Assembly: GCA_973895155.1 (NCBI GenBank)
Contig: OZ316897.1
Coordinates: 8,641,832-8,705,831 of the forward strand
DNA from: Marsupella aquatica
Taxonomy: Eukaryota; Plantae; Marchantiophyta
Direction: 5' to 3'
Length of the DNA: 64,000 nt
The notes beneath the pieces are model-generated. The model had not been told where the DNA came from and searched no databases. It saw only the letters and a list, made by a program, of their open reading frames with translations. Made by a program: the position numbers and the translations under genes. Below, in pieces: positions 1-11,513 of this stretch. How positions within the stretch are numbered: the stretch's first letter is position 1; every line of letters begins with the position of its first letter.

Positions 1-2021
1 GATCAATAATTCAACCAAAATGGCCAAAATATCACAGTCACTTTGATGCAACTGTAACTTACCTACTCCTCTAGCACATCCTCAAAACTGAAAAAGTATT
101 TGAATCTATGAATATCAAATTATCTTAATTAAACTCAAATTTTGGGAATTGTGGTGCATGGGGGTTTCAAAGGCCAACGTTGTGGTCCATGGGAGCATCA
201 TTTTTGGTTTTTCCTCAATTTCCTTTCCTTTGCTTTAATTAATTTATTGTTTATTGGTTAAAAAATTAAATGCTAGAAAGGAGATTGAAGGACAAGGCTG
301 GATGGACTTTGGGAGCACATTCAAGAAAACATATGCTCCCAAAGATCGGTTCTGATTGAAACATAACCTATGCAATTTGCAGGCTGTTTCAGTTAAACTA
401 CCTGGTCCTCGGAAGCATCGGGAGCCGGTGATTGAAACAGACTTTGTGAGAGCAACTTTCAGTATTGCTGTTGTAGCTCGGTGAGTCTGGCTCTAGGTGT
501 TTCTATCAGTGTTGTTTGGTAGTTTGCAGGATTGGTTCTATGAAGAAACATGGAGTCACAATTGGACAGCTTGCAGCTTAGCAGCACAGGTGTGCTTGAG
601 TCCAGCCCCGGGAGGTCTCAGGGTTGAATCTCAGCCTTTGAGAGTTTTTGTAGCAATGCTCTTCATTGGGAGAGCCCTAGTACTTGCCTCTTACTAGTCA
701 CCCACTGGTTCTCCCTGGGACCTAGTGAGGAGACCTGTACATAGGCTGATAGACAACACCATTGTCTGTCTGGAACCCTAACTTCAGCTTGGGAATCATG
801 TGCATCACAACCAATGATACATTCCACAGGTTGCAAAATCAACCATTTTTTAATGAAGAAGACTATAATTGGCTTTGGCCTTGTGGCTCACAAGGACTTC
901 ACAACAACAAAAACGTAATTGAATGATCTACTGTATATCTGCAAAGGAACAAAAATGTTCAGTATCCACTTGTCAGTGCCTACGACAGATGATAAAATCT
1001 ACACTGTCAGTAGTAATCCTTTCAAGGTATTAACTGATCCAAAATGGCCATTAAACGAGCACAGAGCCAAATTGAAATCCACTTCTGGCATGTAACATTA
1101 GGGTAACCTGCACACATAACATTACTGTAGTTGGGTGCTTTTCCCAAAAGTTCCCCTTATGGGCCATGCAGGATTATGTAAAAGGTGGAAAACTAGTACT
1201 TTGGTTGTCAAGGGGTATTGTTGCCATGCATGAGACACAATGCTTCCAAACATGGCCCAACAACTTACTCGCTTACTAACTCTACTAGAGAGGGGATACA
1301 TTGGGAACCATAGTCTGGCACTTTTCATGCAGGAATCTCATTTTAATTTTTTTATTTGGACCTGCAAGCATTCATTCCCAAAACTAAGAAGTAAGATGTA
1401 AAACTAAAGAATTTTTAAGAGTGGAAGTTATATATGTTGAGCAATGCTGACATTTATAATGGCAAGCCCATAATCATCCAATGCACAAGTAATTGAGATA
1501 GAGAAATACATGGTTCACCTTAACCGAGGCTATGTCCACGGGAACATACGAGAGCTTATTGCACTCTAGGCCCACCAGTCATACCGAGTCGAGTCTCCAT
1601 AGTACAAGATCTCCCTATCTCTCAATTAGCTCCATAACAATGAGCCTGAGTTCTTCCTATCCAAGAAAACATCGCTTTGGATATAGTATGGAACATGACT
1701 GACCAAACCAAGTCTGTGACTAAGGTTAGCCCTAACTACAATTACGATCGTAATAAATCCTAGACCTAAGCGTAAATGCCTAAGAGTATCTAGAAGAGTT
1801 AGCAATCGCCCTTCCTCAACTTGTTAGAGACAACATTTCAACCAACTTTTATTATCTTGTGGCTGCTACAAATCTTCAGATGATAAAGTTGGGAAACTTA
1901 AGTTTGAAGAAATCAATCAAATATTTGGTCAGCCTGAAGTAAGGCTACAAGTCTTTTAAGTTTATCCCTCTGATTGTCTAGGAATATTCATCTGTTTCTC
2001 ATATATCGTCTCATAATAGGC

Positions 2022-2192
2022 ACGAGTGTCTCTAAAAAACATCCTTTTCATTTTGTAGATCCCAGCCCATGGCCTCTTTTGGATTCACTTGGAGCCTTGG
2101 CAAGCACTATTGGTGGTGTTATGTACATGCACTCTTTCATGGGAGATGGAACACTTCTTTGTTTAGGCTTGGGAATGATCTTATATACCACG
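2022..2192 (+). pseudogene. cox3: NUMT: mitochondrial cox3 exon 1 fragment (codons 1-57)
   Basis: Translates [57 protein letters not shown], matching the plant mitochondrial COX3 N-terminus (HP.HLVDPSPWP...GGVMYMH). Substitutions at conserved sites (G>D, L>F) indicate decay. Similarity ends after exactly 171 nt. Confidence 0.93.
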
Positions 2193-2345
2193 GTCCATGA
2201 ACCAAACTCGTGTAGTGGTGCAAGCTGCTGCAATTATGGAGCTCTTAGACATTCGGGACAGAGGAAACGTGATGCAATCCCATTTGGCTGTCTCCGCCGG
2301 TCCCGTAAATAACATTCGGTAATTGTGAAAGAACCCAAGGTGACA
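2193..2345 (+). other. Probable 5' part of mitochondrial group II intron cox3i171 within the NUMT
   Basis: Starts immediately after cox3 nt 171 with GTCCA, a decayed form of the group II GTGCG start. The position equals the liverwort cox3i171g2 site. The 3' boundary is approximate. Confidence 0.55.
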
Positions 2346-2452
2346 TTCTCCACCCAGGCAATAAAGAAAAAACCTTAAAACTTACCGTGGCCACCTCCTT
2401 CTAAAGTAGGGGTTGCCAAAGTGTAGTCTGGCGCCAACCAGTACCAGGTCTC

Positions 2453-3040
2453 GCCAAAGTAGAGGCCATCCCGCTAACTCAAACCCATAATAATCTTATG
2501 TTCATCAAACACACACATTTCTATAGTCATGGAATGGGCAAATAACTACTCACTGACGCTGGTTCACTACTGGCCTCTGGGTTGTTCCTGGAGTCCTTTG
2601 GGCTGTTTCCACCACTTTGGCGCTAGGTTGTCCTCTGCCCTTGAGTTTGTTTTCCTCCGTGCCCCAGTGGTCCTTGAAATAAACTGGCACCCAGTCATCC
2701 TCTCTTCTAAAAAGAAAAGAAAAGAAAAGGAGTGAACCTTCCTTAATTACCCTGCGCCGCCGCTATCGACACCGGGGCCTGCCAACCCAGTAGAGATCCC
2801 GCCAAAGTAGAGGCCATCTTGCTAACTTTAGCGTAGCGTCCCAGTCTAGTAGTCTACAGTTGGTACTAGACTGTCCCAGTCCCGTACGCTGAGAACGTGC
2901 AAAAATGGGGGTCAGAATTTAGGCCATCGCCATCCTATAGCGAGGCCTGCCAAAGTAGAGGCCATCTCGCTAACTCTAGCGGAGTGTCTTGACCGGGCCC
3001 AGTCTAGTAGCCTACGGTTTACCGTACGCGAGGGAAACAC
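2453..3040. repeat. Three copies of GCCAAAGTAGAGGCCATCYYGCTAACT; the last two lie in ~150-bp tandem units
   Basis: Copies at ~2454, ~2801 and ~2949. The sequences after copies 2 and 3 (AGTCTAGTAG.CTAC.GTT...CCGTACGC) are also homologous. Confidence 0.8.
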
Positions 3041-6000
3041 CAGAGAAAGCGGGTGCCGTCCCTTTTCGGACGTCAGCAGCTGTCTGGCGGTCAACAGCGA
3101 GATCTTTCGTGCCGATTGGTAATACTTTAATCTTATGTTTTAATTATTCTTCAATTTTTTTATATTGTCTACTCGAGTTCAGACGTTCAGTCAACACAGA
3201 AATAAATGAGCTTCAGCATCGTGTGAAATGACGCTTTTGGCTTTACTCAACTGACACCGAAATTACCGGAACCTCCATTTTTCGAAATTGTTTTTTATAA
3301 TTTTAGATGAAAAAGCTTTACGTTTGTAAAGAAAGTTGAACGGTAGGGAGAATTTGTTTTACATACATATATATACGAGAAAATCAGGACGAGAGGGAAT
3401 TATTTTGTCCTAAATTCTCGGAAGGTCGATGTGGACTTTGTTTTGTAGTCTCTAAAAAGGTTTGGGAAGGATGGACGGTGATGGGATTTTCTTACCTTCA
3501 TAGATCTGGGACGTCAATGTTGTCCTGTGGTATATATATTTGGAAAATGAAACTGACACAAGAAAATCAGGGTGAGAGAGAGTATTTTCTCCAAAAACGT
3601 TCGGAAGCTCAATTAGTTAGATTGCTTTATTAAAGGTCTTGTTCAAGTACAAAGAGTCCACTAATGGGAAGTGCATACCATGTTTATGTCGAATTAATGG
3701 GGTGCAGTTATGAGAGATGCACAGTCTATGATTTAGGGTAGGCAAGAGAATCCTATCTGAACACGAAATGTAAACTTCTTTAATGTAACAAAGGTCAATG
3801 GTTTAGCGTAAACTGGACACTTCTCTAATATGCATCAAGGGACAGGGATGCGCAATGACCAAAGGTCAAGGCACTCTAGCAGCAAGAAGTATCATGGTGT
3901 TAGTTATCTAGCAGCAAGAAGTATCATGGTGTTAGTTATCTATGAGTGCAATAGAATTGTGTGCTTATCATGGAGTGCAAACCACATGTAAGTGCAATGC
4001 CCTGCCTTCAAGTGTGTATTTGCTTGGAAACTGGACCCTCATGATTTGGATGGTGGAAGCATGCCACGAGAGGGAGATGTCAACTATGACACGGACTGAA
4101 TGAATCATGTGGGAAAAGACAATTTTGTCGTTGAATTACGAAGAAAGTGGCACCAATAATTGATGCATGATGGGAAACCATGTTGTTTGAAGCTCCAAGC
4201 AACAATACTAACTTCCGGGTTTCTTAATTTCTTTCGTGCCAAAAACAGTTAAAAAACACTGATAGAGTACTTTCATTCTACTCTAGCACTCGTGTGCCCC
4301 AAGACATACACACGAACACATGCCCCTGGAAAGGGTGTTTTGGATTTTCAATTTTTTTATTGGATTATGTAGATGTCGGTTAAGGTCACTTGCTTCCAAT
4401 TTGTGGAGTATGGTATGACGTCTGGTAAAGTCACGTGCCGATTTGGGCAAACCCAACAAGAAATCAAAGGAAAAACTGGGAGAAACTGGCAGTAAAATTT
4501 ACAAGAAAAAGTTGGACCTCTACACAAATTCCTATTCATTACCTTTGGGATTTTTATCATGTCTAGGCTAATCATATTTTCAGCGTAAAAATATATATTT
4601 CCCTCATGGCTATTGGTATTAGCATCTAACTAGTGTTAGTGGACATCATTGTTTCATTACACTAGCTAATTCAATTATGCTAGGGCCAAGGATTTTCACC
4701 ATGAAAACCTGGGGCATCCACCTTTTTCCTATTGGGCAAAAATTAAATGTTTAAAATGCATGAATAATTTTCATATCGTAACACCAATTCTTGAGGTAGG
4801 GGACAATTTGCTTCACCGGAAATCATGTGTGCAGGATGAAACTCACTATCACTTTCTGTCAGAAGTTACTAACAAACACGTCAAAAGTAAAAATGGAATA
4901 AAGTAGAAATTGGGATCTTGAATAACAACAAGGAGTTTCATTCCCCATATTTGTAATGACTGAGGAATCTTCTCACACTTGGCCTTACCACGGCCCTTTT
5001 GGCTTTTGTTATCTTTAGCACCTCACGGGATTTGGACTATTTGGTGCCTAGTGGAAATATTGAATAGGCACCAAATAGTACATTAAACTTTTGGTACTTT
5101 TGTGGTCCTGAAGTTTGGGGCAACTGATAATGCCTCCAAGTAAGTAGGTATTATCCGCAGCTTGGCGCTCTTTTAAACTTTGTATCTTTCTTGGTTTCAT
5201 ATGCTTCGTTATCCACCTAGTACTAATTCTCATCTCCAAAATAAGCAACCTATGCCAAATCTTATCTGAGTAACTGAGCAATATAATTATCTCAGCTGTG
5301 GAGATAATTATCTTCATCCTCTACTCCCTTCCCCTAGAAACAAAAGATAGCTCCCATGCAGAAAATATTTAGTTTGTAGAATATTTTATTATTCAAATAA
5401 AAATTGAAACTTATTTAGAATGCAGAGCTACAAGCTCTAATAGAATACACATCCCAAACATTTGCTCCAGTAGGTTTTCTAAGCTGGAATGGGATCTTTG
5501 AACTGTGAATTTGACTCGGGGATGATGTGAATTTATAAGAAAACTGTTTGGATTCATGCACAGAGGATTTTGGGATTTCGATGAAGATCCCAATGGAGCT
5601 TATGACACAATTTCCGCTCCATCCCAACTGTTTTGCCTGGAATGGATGCAATTCTTAAGCTTGCCTGAAATCTATGGAAACATAAAAATCTGGAGTATAA
5701 AATTAAACTTTCCTAGAAATAACATTTTGGATGGAGATCCCGTCCAAAGATTGTGACTTATCCAAAATTTGTCACAGAAATAAACTTCCACCAAAAATTT
5801 ATAAATCAGGAAAACATAGTATGTCAATGAAAGATAATAAAAAGAGGTTTATAGAGGGCAAGCACCAAACAAGGAAAAAGAAAAGCAAGGGCAATCTAAA
5901 GTCATTTTCTTGAAAAGTGAATATGGATTTTTCACTCTGATTTCCCACTTTATCGGTCCTTGCTTTTGGGATCTTGTCTCTCGGGAAGGTGCTTTTTGTC

Positions 6001-6244
6001 CCTTGGCAATGTTATATATACTAAGGAGGACTTTATAAGTCGTGGGGGCACTTGGGAGTTTTTTTCACCAAAGCAAACTGGAGGGCCATTGCACACACTA
6101 AATATAGTATCCTGGCCGGGGCTAAATGCATTTTTTGAACCTTTTATTGCCCCCAAGGTCTTGTAAAGCCAAGTGCCAGATTAATTTACTAAATGCTCAG
6201 GGGCCTCACGCCAAGGGAGGTCCCATATCACATGCAAAGTTTTC

Positions 6245-6455
6245 AAGTAATAAACACCCTTAAACTTAAGAAAACAAAGTAGATTTTTAGTATTTTATAA
6301 CCCCTAAATTTATGGAATATTCTATTCTCACATCTGGTATTAAAAAACCCCTATAGTTCTTATAAGTCTCAAAATTGGATTAAAACACCCCTATATTTCT
6401 TCAACAAAACTTTTAAAGTCTTTTGCCAATTGAATTAAAAAACCCCTAACTTCTT
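6245..6455. mobile_element. Array of AAA(C/A)ACCCCTA-type motifs, resembling a Mutator/MITE terminal region
   Basis: Five degenerate copies at ~40-60 bp spacing. No transposase or partner end seen. Confidence 0.35.
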
Positions 6456-7856
6456 TGCGCATGATGGGTTGGAAGAAAAGAAGTGACGACTCCAGGACTA
6501 AAAGACAGATTGAGGACCCACTCCACCTGAATGTCAAGTAATCTTGGCTAAAGTCTTTCTAAATGTGAGAAGAGAAGATCTTATGAAGGACTTGTGTGTC
6601 CCTTTTTAATGCAAATGACTTAAAATAGAAATGGACCAAGAGGCCAGAAGAAGAGACCACCAAGAGAGGTGATCTAAAATCTAGGACAAAAGAGTCCTCC
6701 ACATAAGCAAAAGTTGGGCCCCACTACATTCCATGTAACAGGTTTGGTTGAAATTTAGTACCCCCACCATTTGTAAAGTGAACAAGAGCAGTTTCTCAAT
6801 TTCTCCCAATGGATGGCTCTGATCAGATCTTGGAGACCAAAAAAATGTGAAAACTACCCCCAACTTCTTGTAAAGCCACCCTAAGTCTTTCCGAATGCAC
6901 AATCTTCTTACAAGTTGGAAAGGAGAAACCCTTTCAGTGAAAAGAGAAGGCCAGTTGAAAACCAAAAGCACTAAAGAAAGTGCAAACAAAGAAGGAGAAA
7001 AATTCCCAAGTTGCTGGCTAGGGCTTTTGTTGCCACTTTTGCGTTTTGAACTCTCAGACTATTTGGCTTTTTAGCTCTTTGGCCTTCCCGGTTTTTCCCT
7101 TTTCTTTCCCCGCTATATTGGGTTTCTTGTCTTTAGGATCCTGTCTCCCCGTATAACACTTTTTGTTCTTTGACAGTGTTTATTAATCAGTGTGTTTTGC
7201 AAGGTGAGTGAAACACAATACTGGAGACAAACCCATCTTTTGTAATATGAATCTTGAAGAATTGTACATAGGGACATGCATTAGGAGAGGGACCCTTGGT
7301 AATTCCTTTTATTGTTTGATGGGGGGTTGCATTGAGTAAATTTTTGTTCCAAGAGACCCGTTAAGTCCTCCCCATTAAATTCCTTCTTGATTCAAAATTT
7401 CCACTTAAACAATGTTTAGTCATTTAAATTTCTACATGGTAGGGCTAACCCTTTTCTTGTTGGTGTGGTATGCAGTCTTTTCGTACCCGGAGCCAAGGTA
7501 ACTAAGGCTATGAGGTGAGAGGGGAGCCCTCAATCCAACGTTGCCAGTACCAACTTACCTCATTGATCCAGACTATCCTGAAAAATCACTTTCAAATGGA
7601 GGACATTTTGGGTCACTGTAGGTGGCACGTCTAGGTTTATTACATAGAGAAGTTTGATAGCCTAAACTATAAGCATACTTAAAATCACTACTTTTTCATT
7701 TCCACTCTATCTAACCCTTCATGATAGTCAACTCCTCGTGAGAAACATAATCTTTCAAGTCATGTGAGCCAAGGCATGTTTAAGGAAAGATGTAGAATAT
7801 CTCTGTGGATGTTATTAGCACCCAGCGCTAACACCCTTTAATTTAAGGTGTACGGT

Positions 7857-8585
7857 GTAGACAATCCATCCGAGCATGTTTGAATGTGGAGCATGTTTGA
7901 ATGTGGAGCATGTTTGAATCCCACACATTTTCCTGCCTGTGATTCTTCTGGTTTAGACAATACATTCAAGCAATTTGACCAAACATTGAAAGTGGTCTGT
8001 AGGAGCTTTGGTTAGTTTCCATTCATTTCCTTGCCTGCGATTCTTGTAGTTTAGACAATCCATCAGAGCATCTCGTCAAACTTTGTGGTCTATTGGAGCT
8101 TTGGTTAGTTTCCCCTCATTTCCTTGCCTAAGATTTGTGTGGTTTAGACAATCCATCAACATTGTGGTCTAGTAGTGGAGCTTTGGTTAGTGTCCACCCA
8201 TTCCCTTAACTGAGATTCTCTTTGTTTAGACAATCACCATTGGAGCATCTTGTCGAACATTGTGGTCTATTAGAGCTTTGGTTAGTTTCCATTCATTTCC
8301 TTAATTAACTTAGATAGTAGTTTAGACAATCCATTGGAGCTTCTTGTCGAACATTGTGGTCTATTAGAGCTTTGGTAGTTTCCCCTCATTTCCTTGCCTT
8401 AGATTCTTGTGGTTTAGACAATCCATCGAACATTGTGGTCTAGTGGAGCTTTGGTTAGTGTCCACTCATTTCCTTAACTGAGATTCTCGTAGTTTAGACT
8501 ATCCATTGGAGCATCGTGTCAAAACACTGTGGTCTACTGAAACGTTGGTTCCACACAATCATTTCCTTTGTCTGATGAGATTCTT
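7857..8585. repeat. Tandem array of ~8 units of 80-98 bp (TTAGACAATCCAT...TGTGGTCTA..GGAGCTTTGGTTAGT..CC..TCATTTCCTT)
   Basis: Unit starts at ~7858, 7953, 8051, 8144, 8226, 8322, 8414 and 8493. Confidence 0.92.
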
Positions 8586-9499
8586 GAGGAGTCAGAAATT
8601 CAGAATGATATAGTCATGCACTCTCCACATCTGGGATTCCTTTGTCCAATAAGCCATCAGTGCACTAATAAGTGGTGATAAAAGTGGTGGGGCTATAAAA
8701 GCCTGCTGCAGATACGTTTGTTGTTTCACTGTCTATGAATTGTTTATATATTCCATGTCTCCCCCGGGAAAGAAGGAGTAGCTGGTCATCTAGAAGAGGT
8801 GGGAGTTCCGCCTGTCACGGCCATGTGATGAAACTCCATCGATCCTTCCAAGAAAACATAAAGAGATCTCCCCGAAGCCCGCCCACTGACTGTGTTGGAC
8901 TTCTACTTCCATTCCTCCACTGTCGATCTTCTCCTCCTCCCTCAATCCCCTGCATCATTCTCAGACTTGTTGTCCATTCGTCGAGTCTCTTTTGGTGAGA
9001 AGTGATCGAGAGAGCACTTTCGAATGCCCAATCAATCAATCCGAGCATTCCATTACGTTGGAATCCCTTCCCGACCGCATCGTCTACTCTATCGTTGCTC
9101 GGACCTGGGCTCATTCACTCGCTCACAGGATTGGTCATTCATATTGTGTTGCATACTTGCATTGCTGCATTGCTGCCCTTCGGCTTCCTCCCTTAGTTTC
9201 CTGGCACTGTTTTCCCTCGCTGCACCGTCACCACCATCATTCCAAGCACCGACAGCCACTAGCCAGCGGAAGGAGCGCTGGTCACACTAATAATCACCAC
9301 TACTGAGTACTCCTGAGTTCTGACTGCAGCAGCTCAGCTCAGCTGAGCCCAGCCCAGGCCTGCTGCTGCTGCTGCTTCTGCTGCTGTGCCACTGCTGCTG
9401 CTTCTGCTGTCTCCTGCCATGGGAGCCACCTTGGCTAGTCTTCCGACTGCTGTCTGGGCCCATCTCCTGTAAGAAAGCGAACTCGATCACTCAAATCTC

Positions 9500-11513
9500 C
9501 TTGCTTCTCTAAGTACTGTAGTATTTCTCTCACTCTCTCGCTTTCTCTCGGTCCCTCCCTTCTGACTGCAGCTGCTGGGTATTGACGCACTCCTCCCCAC
9601 GACTGGAATTTCAATCACCCCTCCTTCGTTCAGGTATGCTGGCAGCAGCAGTGGTCAAGTCAATTAGTCGGTCAAAATCGATAGTCTGCCATTCTCTCGC
9701 TTTCTTTATCACGTTACTTCGGTCCGCTCGCGTATCTCGTGAATAAGTTGAAGTCAGGCTGTCGAAATGAAGGGAAACCGTGTTTGGAGTGGAGGGAGGC
9801 TACATCACTTTCTTGATATATTGATCAGATCTGATGTTGTTTGTGTTACGCGTGCATTCCAAATATTTGGCTCTACGTAGCGTCTGGATGCCCGGTTGTC
9901 ACATTCTATCACATTGCTTGGATGAGGATTAGTCCTGCTCCGTTTCTGGGTCGGACCAGTTAGCTCTGCCGGTTGATGTCGGAGCTGCATATAGGAATGC
10001 CTTGAGGTGGGTGAGCGGACGAGGATAAATTGGACTGAGTAATTGTTTGATTGTCGGCTTGGATTGGGATTTGTTCAAAATGTCTGATGTCTGTTGGTAA
10101 GTCAGGAGTCGAGGATGAGTATTCTTGCGTTGTGGACAATGTTGGATTGCCGTTTGTAATGTAGACCTTGAGGAAGTTTTGGAGGAGTCTATCGTAAGAC
10201 TGGCAAGGTTCTTGCACAAGTTTTGCACAACTCCGATTCGTATTATGACTACTCTCTTCGTGGGGAGGCGGACCGGGAACTAGCAAGATTCGTGGAAAGC
10301 TTCACAATCGTTCTAGAAGGTTATCTTCAGTGAGGCAACTGCAATTGAGGAACAGCGTCCTCTTAGTCTCAATACCTTCCAAAATAGATTGGTACTGCAT
10401 GGACTCGGAACTGGCTTCCTTTCTTGGATTTGACTGTACAAGACGTGAGAACAAGACGGTCTGCAAGAGTGGAAAACGTACGAGAACCTTGGCCAGGCAG
10501 GTAGTCATGATCAGGATTATTTTGCAAGCTGCAGTGGTGTTACAATCAATTGGATGGGGTGGGAGAACGTCTTTTCTTTTTCGCCACAAGTGTCGTGCAA
10601 ACTGGCTTCCACTACTCTGGGATGCTGGGACTGCACCCAGAGACAGAAATGGGATTGAAAGGCTGCAGACAGTAGGAGACAAAGCTGCTTTGGTCAGCGT
10701 GCAGCTAGCCAGGATGGTCAAGCAATGCGATGAATAACGGGACCATCACTATCATCTCAGACAAGTAGACAGCCCAAGAGGTTGATCTTGCCCGGCCCAG
10801 CTCAGGGGCTACATCTCCGGTCTTTTGTCCACATTTCTAGCGCAGGTTGCAGCTCATGTGAAGCTAGCTCCGTATTCAGATAGTCTGATAGGCCCCACCC
10901 CGAGGCCCAATACTGGAGAACGGTTGCCTGGCAGACCCGAACTATGATGCTCTCTTTGGTCATTGCCTGTGCCGAGGTCCTGTGCCGAGGTCCTGTGTCT
11001 CCGATTTATTCAGGATTGACTCCGGCCCCTTGGCCGGGTAGATGACTCCTGAACCGAATTCGCTCAGAGTCTCTCGACTGCAATTAGTTGCATGGCTTGA
11101 AAACATTCCACCCTATATGGTCCGCAGAGTTCTAATTACAGGCATTCTCAAATGGTGTGATGAAAAGTGTGACCCCTTTTCTCGGTCACTGAGTGGCTGT
11201 TATTATTAAGAGTGGACCCACTATATATATAGGCCAGAAAATTCCGGAACCACAATCGTTCCGTCTGTATTGCAGCTTTGATTTGCACTTTCAGAATCCC
11301 AGCTGAATCATGGAACGATGCAAGTGGGCAGCCGGTTTCAAGCTTGTAATCAAAATCCAAAATGCGGCCCTCTCTTGTTGTCCCTGATTTGGCTATGTTA
11401 GGAGGATGTTGTGGTTTTGCTCAAAGTATCGTCATATAGGCCAATGGATTTGGCCACGGATGAGTCGATGTGAGTTGATATATACTGAATGTTGACACTG
11501 AATTGTCCCTCTG
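9500..11513 (+). promoter_or_regulatory. Probable 5' leader of the bHLH gene with a long 5'UTR intron
   Basis: CT-rich tract at ~9520-9560 followed by the donor CAG|GTATGC at 9633/9634. No convincing coding exon precedes ATG 11514. Confidence 0.45.

Noticed and set aside
1974-2312. Functional nuclear cox3 gene
   Set aside because: Only 57 codons match, conserved residues are mutated, and there is no targeting peptide or further exon.
2453-2976. CRISPR-like 27-bp repeats
   Set aside because: Only three copies, with spacing of ~350 and ~150 bp and partly homologous intervening sequence.
6560-7200. LINE reverse-transcriptase C-terminal or 3'UTR remnants (similar tracts near 58.0, 61.5 and 62.9 kb)
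   Set aside because: The resemblance is only compositional and no diagnostic motif can be read with confidence.
8735-9490. Cluster of overlapping ORFs upstream of the bHLH
   Set aside because: GC-rich, CTG/CAC low-complexity promoter sequence with no recognisable protein or exon structure.
10330-10737. SAC51-type conserved uORF in the bHLH leader
   Set aside because: The peptide lacks the SAC51 uORF motif, probably lies in an intron, and the bHLH belongs to a different subfamily.
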